Source: Folioceros fuciformis
Taxonomy: Eukaryota
DNA: 63,974 nucleotides
Direction of reading: 5' to 3'
Assembly: GCA_049999805.1 (NCBI GenBank)
Contig: JBNGIO010006040.1
Span: forward strand, 17,998 to 81,971
Shown: positions 1 through 16,993 of the stretch, in pieces
Layout of the letters: every line of letters begins with the position of its first letter
Position numbering within the stretch: position 1 is the first letter of the stretch
The notes under the pieces: generated by a model
Told to the model about the DNA's origin: nothing
Seen by the model: only the letters and a program-made list of their open reading frames with translations
Database searches by the model: none
Position numbers and translations under genes: made by a program

Positions 1-383
1 TACCAAAGGGGACACTCTCTCACTATACATTTTTTAATGGTTTCCCATGGGGTATCTAGTCGAATATATCCTTTTGATGCCTATATTTTTCCTGTTCCTT
101 TTTGTAAACCAACGAAACCAGACGCCGCACCAAAGGGGACATGGCTCAACCGCTACAACCCGTTTTGGGCTTAATGGCAGGCAGCCTTAGGGCAGAAGCC
201 TAAACACCCCCCTTAACCATAGGTGGGGGCGTGCCCGTGCTTGGGCAAGACATGCTTGCAAAGTGCAAGCATGTCCGGTTTGGTTTTGACTCTCAAACTC
301 GCATACGCGCCAAAGCGGACGCATAACCCGTGTGTTTGTAAAAAAACCTAGAGAGAGAGAGTGGCGTGTCCCTTTGGTATGCC
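1..383. mobile_element. Putative MITE (non-autonomous DNA transposon), left end clipped by the window
   Basis: TACCAAAGGGGACAC(TCTCTC) at 1-21 is the near-perfect reverse complement of (GAGAGAG..)GTGTCCCTTTGGTA at ~354-379. There is an internal TIR-like sub-repeat CCAAAGGGGACA near 130 and no coding capacity. The TSD cannot be checked because the left flank lies outside the window. Confidence 0.6.
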
Positions 384-403
384 ATAGTTATGTCATGAAG
401 GGG

Positions 404-497
404 TTCAACAAACTTGTTCATGACATACTCCTTGATGGACGTAGCAAACCCCTTCAACAAACTTGTTCATGAAATACTCCTTGATGGACGTAGCAAA
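404..497. repeat. Two-copy tandem duplication, ~49-bp period
   Basis: TTCAACAAACTTGTTCATGAmATACTCCTTGATGGACGTAGCAAA occurs at 404-448 and 453-497 with one mismatch. Confidence 0.9.
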
Positions 498-3400
498 TTA
501 TGAGGCAGGAACTACTGAAATCATACCTCAACAGATTTTCCACTCCCAATCTCCACCCAGGTTATCACCATTTCCTGGTGTTGTGCACTGGTGCACTCGT
601 CTTCCTTGCCGCAGGTTCTGGGAACATACGTACCTCCAACTCAAAGATGCTGTCGTGTCTGTCCGTTGAAATTCTTACCCCTGTGTTGTTTGCGCTTTGA
701 ATTCCTTGTCATTGTATTGCTGCATTACCACATACGTCCACTCTCAAATAACAGCCATGCCATAGAACTGTGAGATGCAACGACTTCCAATCTGTGTTAT
801 TGGAGTCAGGTTCAACCCTAAGTGTGCTGTGTCGGGGTATCCTTCTACAAGGAGAGGGGCCTGGCCTCCTGCCGCTTTGGTCGCTTTCACCTCTAGTTCC
901 AATAAACCGTTCCCTTCTTGTCCTCTCCCCACTTTCTCTCCCCCTCAAATGAAGTGAGTGAACCATCTGCTGAGAAACTCTCGAAGTTGTAGGCTTACTT
1001 GCCTTGAAAGTGGTGCACTTTCTTACCCTCTAGAGTCCGACTGATGACTTTCCCCTGGCAGCGTGTCCTGCAAATCCATTCACTCCGGGCACTACCGCGT
1101 CGTTAGGATACAGAAGCAAGCCATAACGGACTCTGAGGAAGTGAATGTTTGTGTAGGAACTTGATACTCCTCAGTAGCCAGGGGTTTGTGCAACAGTGGA
1201 ACACTGAAAAATGGCTTTCTATGAGGTTGCGATTCACGGTGGGTCTTCTTGACAATGCGAACTGCAAGGCTTGTTGATTGCCTGTTGTGATCTGGATCAC
1301 TGATGTCTTCCTTCGGGTAAGGGGGTGTTGCAAGTTTTTTTATGGAGAAAGGGACGTGTAGGAGGAGGAGGTCGCTGGTGACGATGAATAGAGTTGTGCA
1401 ACTTGTTCGAAGAAGAGCCTACACATAAGAAGAGTTTGCACGGATATACGGCTGGTGAAGGAACTCCAAGTTGCAGGGACGCTTGTGGAACATATGGAGA
1501 TGTTGGGGGAGGAGGAGGGAAAGTGTGTCTTCAGATATAGAATTAGAATAACTGCTACCTGCCACTCAAGATTGTCAATTTCTTCAAGAGCTTACACTTT
1601 TTAGAGATGACTCGTTGTTCTAGTGGCCAATCAAATGTGCATGAGAGAGGTCATGGCCCCAGGGCAATAGGAACTGCTCCCAGCCGTCTCTCGTAATCAC
1701 ATTGCCAATCCAAAAAAAAGTATTGTAGGGAAAGAATAAGAGAAGGGGAGAGAGGAGAGTAGCCATCACACCAACCACTAGACGACGCTTTCTCACTGCC
1801 ATGACGCAGGTCAGGAAGAACCAGACACCCTGCACGGAGAATCGACGAGCAAGGATCAATCGAGAGGCGCCAGCACACCATCGACACATTTGTGAATGGA
1901 GGCAGAAGCCAGTTTCCTATCGGCCGGCAGCCCGCCATCGCAGACAGCCCCCTCATACCCGGCAGGCACCACAGAATACTGGAGCGGTGTGATGAAAGGG
2001 ATTCAGCCGCCGGGCAATGCGAGCAGCCATCCGGCGAGCTATGTGTGAACGCAGCTATGTTCATGGCACAACCTTCCTACGTATACGGACAGTATATGTA
2101 TAGGTATACTGCACGTCCAAGAAATGCGGGGTATAGATATGCGTACAAGCCGTCAGTACTGTGTCTGTAGGTAGCATGGTTTCCTCCCCGAGGAATCCAC
2201 AGAACGAATTGTCACATCGCGCACCGCGATCTGGAGCACTGTACGCCGAGAGGTCAAGCCATTTCTTTGCACAGGACAGACCCGCAGGTCTGCTGTGATC
2301 GCCACTCCAGGGCTCGAATGTAGACAGACAGCTGCCCAGACAGTTGTTGCCTCAGGCGTGTCTCGGCCTGGGACATTTCTGTTTAGTCACCTCACCCACT
2401 TTGCTCCTGGAAGATCTGCCTCAGCAGCACTATCAGGGCAGTCTTCGAGCACATCAGTTTCCGTGGGTGGGGTGGATTTCTCCAGTGATACGTACATATC
2501 AAATCATGCTGTATCTTTCATGCTTTCTGTTGTAACTCTGTTTGTCATTATGTGGGGCTCGGAGCTTTCCTGTACAGCAGTCTCTGTTCTCCTCATGGTT
2601 TCAGCCTAAATGTTTACCTTCGTGTAGCTGACCAGCTCGATAATGTGACTCTCAGCTTGTGACATTTCCGCGTACTAGTGCGTGCATGAATGTGGAATCC
2701 ATCGCTGTAACTTTGTCACCTGTAGCATTTGCAGGCCAGTCCTCACCGGAGTGTTGTTGAGAATTTGGTGACATGGTCTACAAGGACAAGGGTACACAGA
2801 TGTTGACGGATGGAGGTACTAGATAGGTAACCTATGGTGCCAGTGGGGGTTGCTGGAGGGTCCTTTTCTCGCATGGCAATCCAAATTGCGGATGTAGCAC
2901 GCATTGAGCGCTTGATGCAGGCATGAAGTTTCAATGGGTGTCGTTTCCCCACCCTCAAGTAGCCATAACGTCATGCCTACTTGTAACCAGCTCCAGGCTC
3001 CTAAGGACAGGGACCTCCGATCGCGAGGTCGGACATCTCCGTCCGCGTTTTGCTCTGGTTCCAGTGAGTGACTGTTGACGTCGTACTTGAAGCCAAGAGT
3101 GTCAAATGTATCCCATGGAGTGGTCCAGAGAGAGTCTAGTGCCCGCCATGAACCTGACCCTGATTCAATGCACATCTCATTTCTCCGGAGCATAGTAGCA
3201 ATGCCGTCCCTTGTGGCAACAGCCTGGATCATCTGGAGACAAAAGAGCGGCAGCGCATAGAGCCTGCGCATGCAGAGACGTGAAGCACACCTGGACGACG
3301 TCGACGCTGTCAAGCAGAACTGTAGCGCCAGCAGTACTGTTATATCCTCGGTTGGACCGATGAAGTGAGGCTGGAGGGCTGTTTCGCCTGAAGCTTTTGG

Positions 3401-3690
3401 ATGCATTGATCATTGGCCGTGTCACTGCCAGGTCCAGCCCGCACGTTTTTGCCGCTCAATTCCCCAGCTGGCTTAGTCCAGGGTCGCGGCATGCAGGTTT
3501 CCCGCGGCTGATCTTCCAAAGCTGCTGGTCGTCCGGAAGGCAGGATTCAGCAGCATACATGTAGCGGCCGCTAGTGCTGCCTCCTAACTCATCTTACACC
3601 TCTGCATTCCAGCAGGGTCCTCCAACACTTCTAGGGTCTGCACCTGCAATCACCCTGAGTTTGATACGAAGGCCATCACCTGTTGCAACG

Positions 3691-7101
<3,411 letters not shown>

Positions 7102-7652
7102 TAGTCAAGGTGAATGACACCAACTGGTATCCATATTCCTTTGCCTTAACTTGCGAAGGAAAGGAATACATCAACTCTGTCTGTTTGTAGTACTAGCGAA
7201 GGAAGGAATAACCCACGTATCTGTAATGTGATACTCTCTTCAGTTCAGGCTTCCTTCTTTGACAGCCATGTGTCTATGCTTTCGGCTTGAAGTGGCTGTG
7301 ACGTGCCCCTGACGAGCGAGACAACGCATTAGTGAAAAAGTGGCCTCCTGGCCATGTCATACTCTCTAGACAGTCTCTCCTTCTCAAGTTCCCATCGTAT
7401 CTAATTCCAGAATTGCCCAACATTCTTCACAAATCTGAGATCGCTTTGGAATGTCATCAGTTCAAGGCCAACAATAAGTGGCTTCACTTTCTTAGAATAT
7501 CAGACTTCTGATACACTCATAGGAAAAGGAACTGGACCTGCTCACCTCTCTGCCCTGCCCAAGAAAGCAGCTGGCCACGCAGCTGTCAGCCCTGGCCGAT
7601 CTGAAACCCTTGGTGATGGTCTAGAGTTGATTTCATGATAGCATGACAACAG

Positions 7653-9013
7653 TCAGGTGCCGTCATTCGCTCCTACAGCTTCGGGTGGTTTGTCCATCTC
7701 CTCATTTTCCTCAGGCTCCGCCCAACATGGCTGGTTGATACCCATAAAGCCAAGCAACACTGCTACACCGCCAGCAAGGTCCAAAGCACCCGGAATCCGA
7801 CCTCTCAGCGTATCAATCACCACAGCTATAGGAACCTGGATAGTTAGCCCAGCAGTTGCAGCTGTAGGACTTGTAAGCAAGACAGCCTTGGCCCATAGAT
7901 AGTCACTCAGCACGTTATCCATCAGCCCTGCCACACGAGTTAGATATAAGCACAACCATCAAAGGAAGCTGCAGGATGGACAGCGGGAAGTAACCTGTTC
8001 GGGGGCTAACCTTTTCCAATGATAAGCAGAAACTGAGACAAGGTCAGTCTGTGGAGAGGGTCCAGGCCAGTGAAGTGGAAGATGAGCACGAGTGGAAGGA
8101 AGAATATGCCATTGAAGAGGCCAAGATAACCCAAGAACAAAGACGTTGGAAGCTCAGGAAGGAGGAATTTCCGCATTAGAGTAGTGTAAACTGCATAGAG
8201 GAAAGCTGAGACCAAACAAAAGATGTCCCCCAGCACCGGATTAGGTGCATCCGTTTCACCGTCCTTCTTGGAGTCAGCAAGGCTGACTACAATAGTTCCC
8301 CCCATACATGCCAGGATACTGACAAGCTTAAGCGACGTATATTTCTCATTCAAGTATTTCAGAGATACCAAGAAGGTGAAAAGAGATGCAGTGCTGCTCA
8401 GGATAGTGTTCGACTGCAGCAAACAAATAAGCACAAAATCAGCATCGGCTTGCAAATCGGCAGCAACAGGAACAAAGGATGTGCTCTGAGCATTTTCCAC
8501 CACAAATACCGTGACACTTGTATTCTTCAGGGATTCGTTATTGGTGAGCTGAGCCAGAAACCAGAATGGACATATTATCAAGCTAACAATGGCCGTTGAC
8601 TTCCTCAATAATCCTCCGTTCGTGCTGGAATCCTCAACTTCCAACAGCGATACATCGCCCTCCTGAACAACTGCAACCTCCCTGTTCTGCTGCGCGGCTC
8701 CTTCAGCAACACGTCCCTCCTTCAACAGGTGGCTAGTATCCCTTTCTGTTGTCTCCCCTTTCCCGTGCTTGTTCCAAAACCTCTGAAAAGATTGTGCCAA
8801 ACGTTGAGCTTGAGCAGAGGACTTGAGCCACGTCCCAGTCTCCACTATCGGGATGTAGACCACAAACAGACTGTTGCATATGTACGTGATCAAGAAGGGT
8901 GATACCCCGCCTTCCACAACAGTTTGTACCACGAAGCTGGCTGTGATCCATATGAGGGCCACGGCAAGGATGTAGAGAACTCCGACAGTCCACTTCCATG
9001 TTTCCTTCTCCAT
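7653..9013 (-). CDS. SLC35F/EamA-like drug-metabolite transporter, 3 exons
   Basis: Multiple TM segments and family motifs PFLITYICNSLFVVYIP, PFWFLAQLT..SL..TSV, SNTILSSTASLFT, GDIFCLVSAFLYAVY and NVLSDYLWAKAVLLTSPTAATAGLTIQVP. Introns at ~8416-8509 and ~7929-8009. Confidence 0.9.
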
Positions 9014-9235
9014 CTACAACGGAAGTCCCTACCACAAGGCGATGCGGCGAGAAGATCTTGACTCCTACGACGAACCCACCTGGCCGGTGGTAATCGTCCC
9101 CAGCAGATTCTTCATCGTACTGACACGTGACCAGATTCAGAAACTGTTGCCCTGGACGCTCCTTCGCGAAACAATATTTCTGATTTCCTGATTGAGTAGG
9201 GTTTCAGACTGCCCAATTATACCGTCCAGGGTGCC

Positions 9236-9969
9236 ATGTCGCGCGGTCGAGCGTTGAGTTCGTTGCGGGCTATGTGGTTGGAACCTTCAGGACACCTCAA
9301 ATCTGGTATCTCTTTATGCCACACGCTGGACCTTGAATTATTGCCCCTTACGCGTTTGAAATCGTACTAAATCCTGTAGGGCTTCCTACGTGGTTGTCTC
9401 GATGCTGTGCCACCTGAGCAGCGGCGGTGCAGCAGGCTTTAGCCCGTCGAGGAGACAAACCACGATCCTTAGGCTTCAACTCTCTCTGGCATTCTGACTT
9501 CACACGATTGCCCTCACCTAGCAACCATGTCGCCTCCCACGGACTCGCTCACAACAGCAGCTTGGAGCCCGTAAATCAAGACGCAAATTTGGTAGTGGAG
9601 GAGAGAGGCAGCAACACAGAATTCTGCAACGAGTCTCAACGAGAAGTCCAGAACATCAAGCAGCTCGGAGACAATCAAGTTCCATCACCAAGACACGATC
9701 TGGCCATAATCTACACCTGCACTGTATGTGACACGCGGTCCGCAAAAATGATTAGCCGGTCCACGTACGAAACAGGTGTTGTGATAGTGAGGTGCCCTAG
9801 CTGTAAAAACTTGCATCTGGTGGCAGACCACAAGGGCTGGTTCGGTGAGCCTGGCACAGTAGAAGACTTTCTGGCCGAGAAAGGCATCGAGGTGAAGAAG
9901 GGCTCGGAAGACACCTACCAATTCTCGATTCAAGATCTGGCTGGATGGACTCCCAGATCCAAGGCCTAA
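9236..9969 (+). CDS. DNL-type zinc finger protein (Zim17/Tim15/HEP1-like Hsp70 escort), probably mitochondrial
   Basis: YTCTVCDTRS...YETGVVIVRCPSCKNLHLVADHKGWF is the zf-DNL signature. Exon 1 (9236-9305, MSRGRALSSLRAMW, presequence-like) joins in phase 1 across a GT-AG intron at 9306-9421. Confidence 0.9.
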
Positions 9970-10364
9970 TGGGTTCAATCTGCTACAGCCAAGTTTTGTG
10001 ACTGCCTACCACAACATGGATACTCTTTCTTCATTTCATGCTTTCTCCAGTTCACGCTCTTGTTGAGTGAACATGAGTGCCGTGGCTCGGACTTGCATCA
10101 ACCGTACATACGCAACAGACATCACTGATCTGCATCTCCCCCCTATTAGGTTTTGCAGTCTTTAACCACATTGGCGTTCTTCTGTTTGCACTCTGGACAC
10201 AGTCCATCACCTAAAAGGTCACCTCAGCCAATAAGTGAGGCCGTGGCTATACCCGGGCACGTTTTGATCTCAGTGTGCATTCCAAAAGACAATTGTCATG
10301 GCCATAGGCAAGGCACGGTCCTCACTGGATTACCAGCAAATCCAGTCAATCACTGCGAGACTTG

Positions 10365-10588
10365 AAACCCTAAATGCGGCAACGGATCTGGTTTCATCCT
10401 GGATGGAAGTACGTGCAGTATGCCGCCTGTAGGGTTTCCAGCATCTGACCATGGTCAAGTCGTCACTGACCTGAGTCGGGGTCAACATAGAGTTAGCTTT
10501 GTGCAGCCGAGCTTGCTTGCGCCGAGAGCAACTCATGCACTACGAACTTGGAGCTTGGTGATCCGCGCTTGAAAACAGACGCTGGGCC
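10365..10588 (+). promoter_or_regulatory. Telo-box and site II motifs upstream of LeuRS
   Basis: AAACCCTAA at 10365-10373, TAGGGTTT at 10430-10437 and TGGGCC at 10583-10588. This combination is typical of plant translation-machinery promoters. Confidence 0.55.
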
Positions 10589-10655
10589 CCGACTCTGCGC
10601 AACTGTGGGTCTGATATCGCGGATTTCAGTGAAGGGCGCCAGGCTGCTAGCAGTC

Positions 10656-13600
10656 ATGGCGCCGTCCGCGGGTCCGCCCGTGTCAACTAATTTAGAGAAC
10701 ATCAAGAGCCACGCGCGTCGTGACAAGCTGCTGGAGATTCAGGAGAAAGTGCAGAAACGATGGAGGGAGAGCAAGGTGTTTGAGGTGGATGCACCAGAGC
10801 AGCCTGATCATGTGGACAGATTTTTTGGAAATTTTCCTTACCCGTATATGAATGGCCTGCTGCATCTGGGCCACGCCTTCACAACTAGCAAGGTTGGTGC
10901 TACTCAGGTTTTTGGCTTCGCATTTGTGTTGCTGGTTGCATGTTTTGGCATGAGCTCATTCTGGTTCTGCCTTATCGGTCTAGCTGGAGTTCGCCGCAGC
11001 TTATCATCGTCTGAGGGGAGAGAGGGTGTTGCTGCCCTTTGGATTCCACTGCACGGGAATGCCAATTAAGGTGGTTTTCTGACTCTCTGGTTTGCTCCCT
11101 TAGATCTGTCTTGATGGCGACGTTCTGGCTGAGAGGTTCTGGCTGAACGCTTCTTTTTCGGTCTTGTAGGCTTGCGCTGATAGGCTGGCTCGGGAGATCA
11201 AGCAGTTTGGGTGTCCTCCCCAGTTTCCAGCTATCAGTACCGTGGATGTGAAGCCAGCGAAAGAAGAAGAGCAAGTGGAGTTAGCTGAACCGGCCAAGTT
11301 TAAGAGCAAAAAGTCCAAAGCTGCGGCTAAGACAACAGCCAAGGCAGGAGTTGAAGTTTATCAGTGGAATATTATGCAGTCACTTGGGTTGAAAGATGAC
11401 GAGATTCCCAAGTTTGCCAATCCCTTGTACTGGCTCGAGTATTTCCCTCCTCAGGCGAAGCAGGACTTGGAAGCATTTGGGCTGGGTTGTGACTGGCGGC
11501 GATCTTTTATTACTACGGATGTAAACCCGTTCTATGACTCTTTTGTTCGGTGGCACCTTCAGACACTGAAGAATCAGGGAAGAGTTGTGAAGGATACCCG
11601 TTATGCAATTTATTCTCCACTGGACGAACAGCCATGCGCTGACCATGATAGGTCCTCGGGGGAGGGAGTACAGCCTCAGGAATACACCCTTATTAAGATG
11701 GAAGTCCTACCGCCGCTTACAGGGAAACTGAAAGCCTTGGAGGGGCGAAGGGTTTTTTTAGCGGCAGCTACTTTACGTCCAGAAACTATGTACGGACAGA
11801 CCAATGCGTGGGTGCTGCCTGATGGCAAATATGGAGCGTTTGAGGTCAACGAGTCAGACGTGTTTGTGGTCACTGCAAGATCTGCTTTGAACCTTGCTTA
11901 CCAGAACCTCTCAAGGGTTCCAGAGCAGCCCACGTGCCTTCTGGATTTGGTAGGACAGGATTTGATTGGGCTGCCCTTGAAATCACCACTCACATCCTTT
12001 CCCGTAATATATGCTCTTCCCATGCTCACCATTCTTACAGACAAAGGAACCGGTGTGGTGACAAGTGTGCCTAGTGATGCGCCTGATGACTACATGGCAT
12101 TGTCGGATCTGAAGTCGAAGCCTGGACTGCGTCAGAAGTTTGGGGTAAAGGATGAGTGGGTCCTCCCTTTTGATCTGATACCTATCATTAACATTCCAGG
12201 TTTTGGGGACAAGGCTGCAGAAAAGACTTGCTTGGATCTGAACATCAAAAGTCAAAATGAGAAGGAAAAGCTTGCAGAGGCCAAGAGGCTTACGTATCTC
12301 AAAGGATTCACGGATGGAACAATTATAATAGGTGAATATAAGGGCACCAAGGTGCAGCACGCAAAGCCCCTTATCAAGAAGATGTTGATTGAAACTGGAC
12401 AGGCTGTCGTGTACAGTGAGCCTGAGAAGAAAGTTATGTCCAGGTCTGGTGATGAGTGTGTTGTTGCTCTCACTGATCAGTGGTATTTGACATATGGGGA
12501 ACCTGAATGGAAAGAAAAGGCGGAAGCTTGCGTTGCTAGCATGGAGCTCTATCATGATGAGGCTCGACGTGGATTTGAACACACACTAGGTTGGTTGAAT
12601 CAGTGGGCTTGCTCTCGGTCTTTTGGTTTGGGAACAAGGATACCATGGGATCCACAATTTCTAGTTGAATCCCTCTCAGACTCTACCATTTATATGTCGT
12701 ACTACACTGTTGCACAATACCTTCAAGGCGGAGATCTTTATGGAAACGGTGCAGGTTTGATCGACCCTGAGCACATGACCCATGATGTTTGGGATTACCT
12801 GTTTCAAGAGGGGCCTCTGCCTGAAACGCCCATCCCTGTAGAGCTCCTTGAAAAGATGAGACGAGAGTTCCGATACTGGTATCCCTTCAATCTTCGTGTC
12901 TCTGGAAAGGACCTTGTGCAGAACCACCTGACTTTTTCGATCTACAATCATACAGCTATGTTTCCGAAGGAGAGATGGCCACTGGCATTCAGAGCTAACG
13001 GGCACCTTCTTCTGAACTCAGAGAAGATGTCTAAGTCCACAGGCAACTTCAAGACCTTGCGTGAGGCCATAGAGGAGTTCTCGTCGGATGCAACACGATT
13101 TGCTTTGGCAGATGCCGGAGACACGATGGATGATGCAAATTTCGTGTTTGAAACAGCCAATTCAGCCATTTTGAGGTTGACCAAGGAGATTACATGGATA
13201 GAAGAAGTTCTTGAAGCCGCGGAACAACTGCGATTGGGACCCGAATATAACTTTGCTGACAGGGTTTTTGAGAATGAGATCAATATTGCTATTGCTCTGA
13301 CAGAGCAAAATTACGGCTCACTGATGTTCAGAGAGGCGCTCAAGACTGGGTTCTGGGATCTGCAAGCAGCCCGTGATGAGTACAGGGTATCGTGTGGTGA
13401 TGCAGGGTTCCACAAGTCCTTAGTGCTGCGGTTTATTGACGTCCAGTCAAGACTGGTTACACCCATTTGTCCACACTATGCGGAGTATGTCTGGTCGGAG
13501 GTCCTGAAAAAGGAAGGGTTTGCGGTAACTGCCGGCTGGCCAACAGCCGAAGAAGCAGACTACACTTTGCAACGGGCCAACAAATATCTCCATGAGAGAA

Positions 13601-14127
13601 TAACGGAGTTTAGGAAAGTTTATCAAAAACAGAGTGCACCTCCGAAGAAGCAAAAGCAGGGGGGCCCGGTCGTTGTTGTTACGAAAGCAAATGCAGCCAT
13701 TGTCTTTGCTGAAGAAGAATACAAAGGCTGGCAGGCACAGTGTCTGAATCTTTTAAAGGAGCATTACGATGAGAACACTCGAACATTCGCTACAGACTCT
13801 GAGATATTGGCTCTTCTGAGAAGCAGTTCTGGGGAGCTGGCTGCGGATGCGAAGGGGTTACAAAAGCAGTGCATGCCCTTCATCAAATTTAAGAAGGATG
13901 AGACATTTGCTGTAGGTCGAGAGGCTTTGAACTTGAAGCAACCGTTTGGGGAGCTGCAAGTTTTGCAGGAGAATGCTCAACTTATCCAGAAGCAGCTTGG
14001 GCTGGACCGGATCGAAATCCTACCCTACACTGCCGTAGATGCTTTGCGACTGGCTGGACCTCAGCTTTCGATGCTGCAACAGTCGCCCCCATCTCCCGGG
14101 AAACCTGCCATCGTATTCGTAGCTTAG
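10656..14127 (+). CDS. LARS1: Cytosolic leucyl-tRNA synthetase, 3 exons
   Basis: [14 protein letters not shown] (HIGH motif), [12 protein letters not shown], editing-domain AATLRPET and [16 protein letters not shown], and KMSKS. Introns at ~10893-10983 and ~11071-11170; the final exon is ~2.96 kb. Confidence 0.97.
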
Positions 14128-15003
14128 TCGGTCAGTCTACGCCTCTTATTACTCGGTGGTTTAGGCTCTCAAGCGAGGAGCCCTGGAGAACGTTTAGATG
14201 AGGAATGAAGATCAAGCCATTATGCTTGACACGTCTGTTACGGGTCCTACATTATGTTGTTAGTCCCTGGTCGGACTGCGCATCTTTGATTGTTTTCGAT
14301 TCGTCCATTTCCAAATCTTCCGTCTCATACACCGGAGATTTGTGCAAAGTGAAAACAGCGAAGTTACCATTTTGTTTACCGGTAAGGTTCTGCGGGCTCT
14401 GAATGGTGTCTTTTGCTGACAGAGCTATAATGTAACCAGGTTTGAAGTGCTTCATTGGTGCACCAATTCTACATGCGGGATATGAAGCAATGCCTGATAG
14501 AATCGGGATCGCACTCTAGCTTGAGTACATCTGCGCAGCTTTGTTCAAAGTAAGCAGGAGGCCGCTTGATTTCTTCAGCGATCCGGACCATCCAGATGTT
14601 GTGTAAGCCCTTTAATGCTGCTCGATGTGGTTGGTGGTAAGCTTCACTGGCGACGACAATGGCTTCATCAATCCGTGCCGCGCTGTCGGTGGATGGCTGA
14701 TGTGGATTTGCCTTGACGGACGGCATTGGAGTTTGCGAACGTTGAACCATGGAACCCCTATTTCCCTGGCGAACTGAACGGAAAATGCAAACCTCCTCGC
14801 AGGTTGTTTGATTTTGGTACTTGAGGTGAGTGTCTCTAGCTTTCCTTCAAAGCTTTCTGCAACCTGGATTTGTTTCTTCGAAATTTGAGATTGCTTTGTT
14901 GGAAAGCTGGTGAACTGCAAAGTAAGTTGATCGTTGATTGACTCGACAGATTGACACGCACAGATTCCTTAACAACTCTGCGTCACGCAAGTTTTGACAA
15001 GCT

Positions 15004-16527
15004 ATGGCGCTGTTGTGCGGAGGCGTTAGTGCAACGTTTACGGCTTCAAAGACGAGCTCCATTGGCATGCACTCCTGGTGCAGGGTGAGGACATTTCAGA
15101 ATGTGAAGAACATCGTGTATTGAATTTTCTGTTCATCTGAAGAGAAGACCTTGCAGGATCCTGTCGCTCACTTCAGATCAGTCCATGAAGACGGCCTGTG
15201 GCCCTCCACGCAGCATGCCCACTCTATCAAGCTAAATCGTCACTGGACAAGGTATGTCATGCCTGGGCAGTCTCCAATCCACATACGCTTCGCAAGACTG
15301 GACATCAATGTTCATTATCCGTTGAGTTAGTTGGCTGTGGATAATGGCAGGAATGCAGGAAACAAGAAGCCAGTGTGCACACGGATGGTTGCTCAGAAGC
15401 GTGCAAACTTGTTTGTGAAATCGGACAAGGTGGTGCAACTACCAGAATGGGTGAGCTCTGTGTCATATTCCAGGTCACTGGGAGCTTTCCTGCAGCTGCC
15501 AGAAGGGATGCAGTCGGTGCTTAACATCAAGTCATTGAAGACGATGCAGCCCTTGGGTGACAATACTTACAGGTGTGTGCATCTTCTTGTCAAGCTGGTG
15601 AGTGAGACTGCACTTAGTTTGGCTCCCTCATGACCCAATTCCGCTGCTCTAGGTGCACGTTGCCTGAGCTGGAGTTCTTGAGCTTCACAACTAGACCTAT
15701 AATCGATCTGTATGTTGCAACAACGGATAATGACTGCATCGTGGAGATGCTGTCCTGCAAGGTGAGGCATAAGTCCAGGACTCTGCTGGTATTCGCCTCA
15801 TCCTCTCAAAAAAAAAGCGTCTGTTCCGGTGGATGTTGCAGTTCGAGGGATTTAAAGACGTTTGTTTGCTTCTATGTCGCAGTTCGAGGGCTCTGACGAA
15901 GTCGAACGACAAAACAAACGTTTCTCTGGTATGTCTGATGAGCCATGATGACGTGCACACATCATCTCCGTGCGTCCATCCAGTTGTTACACCATACTAG
16001 TGTTATCCTTGCAGCCAGTATGAAAAACCATCTAACCTGGGATTCTAGCCCTTCTCTCAACGTGAAAGTGGAGCTCAGACTATCTTTAGAGGTACGTGAC
16101 ATTGTCTCTCACTCGTTTCGTACCCGAGGTGCCAACCTCCTCCTGCCCTTTATGACTGTGAGCACCATTTGTCAGATATACACTTTCCCATTCACCCACC
16201 TTCCAGCATCCGCCGTTGAAGTTCCAGCAAACGCGTGAGTATCACGCCTTTTGCGACACACACCTCAACTCGGTTCTTTAAGCTTCTTGCAGTCCAGCTT
16301 AACAACCAGCATTTTGCCTCACATCCCAAGTCCAGCAAAAGAAAACTGAACAATGTACTTTGAACAGGATTTTGCAGACGTTTCTGGACAGGATGATGCC
16401 TGCTTTTGTGAACTACCTGCTTGAGGACTACAAGAGATGGGCTGTGAAGGACAGTCCTGTCATCATGCCACCCGAAGTTGCACTGGAGGAGGTAAAATGT
16501 GGCACAGTGGCTCCCAGCCGGGAGTAG
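15004..16527 (+). CDS. DUF1997-family protein, probably plastid-targeted, multi-exon
   Basis: Spliced exons give GDNTYRCTLPELEFLSF..PIIDLYV...VEMLSCKFEGSDEVERQNKRFSASMKNHLTW...LEIYTFPFTHLPASAVEVPAN..LQTFLDRMMPAF...EDYKRWA, which I recall as plant DUF1997. The start (MALLCGGVSATF, transit-like) and 5' exons are uncertain. Confidence 0.7.
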
Positions 16528-16721
16528 TACCGTGTTATCAAGTGCCCTTGTATGTCGGACTGGGTGGAGGGAGAGCACAGCCCTGGAATACACCCAACAG
16601 CCATCAGTGTGGCAGGAGGCGGGGTCAGCCTTAACGTGCCAGCTATCAGGGGCACCACATCCCAGAGGAGAATTCAAGTCGGTTGCCGAGCCACCTGTAG
16701 AGGCGTAGAGGCAGAGAAGCT

Positions 16722-16915
16722 GGCACACGTCACCGCCGGCTTGCTGGCTGTTGGGCTGGCCGCCCAGCATTGGATGCTGTAACCCCCGACCACCTGGTGA
16801 GGTGCCACGCGTTGTTCTGAATATTAAAAGTAACCGAACCCCGGCCTTCTTAAGCTTCTAGTCCAAAGCACTATCTGTGTAGTCTGCTCTCAGTCCGTTG
16901 CTTGCAATACGTGTA
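16722..16915 (+). promoter_or_regulatory. Cluster of ABRE/CE3/LTRE-like motifs upstream of a PMP3/RCI2 gene
   Basis: CACACGTC ~16724, CCGAC 16786-16790, GCCACGCGT 16804-16812 and TACGTG ~16908, all within 300 bp of the ATG. RCI2 genes are known ABA- and cold-responsive genes. Confidence 0.4.
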
Positions 16916-16993
16916 CGGCAGCTTAGTCTTCACTTCTAAGACAGTGTTCCGCGCTCCTAGTTTGGACCAGTCACTGTCGACTGATTTTTGGAG

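Noticed and set aside
500..2170. Short ORFs that might be a degraded retroelement
   Set aside because: I could not read any RT, endonuclease, gag or transposase motif in the frames examined.
2730..3425. Possible small gene (ORFs 2819-3406 minus and 3075-3260 plus with a hydrophobic end)
   Set aside because: I could not build a consistent exon chain or recognise a domain. It needs transcript evidence.
14469..14750. 93-aa minus-strand ATG ORF between LeuRS and the DUF1997 gene
   Set aside because: No recognisable homology, and the length is within chance expectation.
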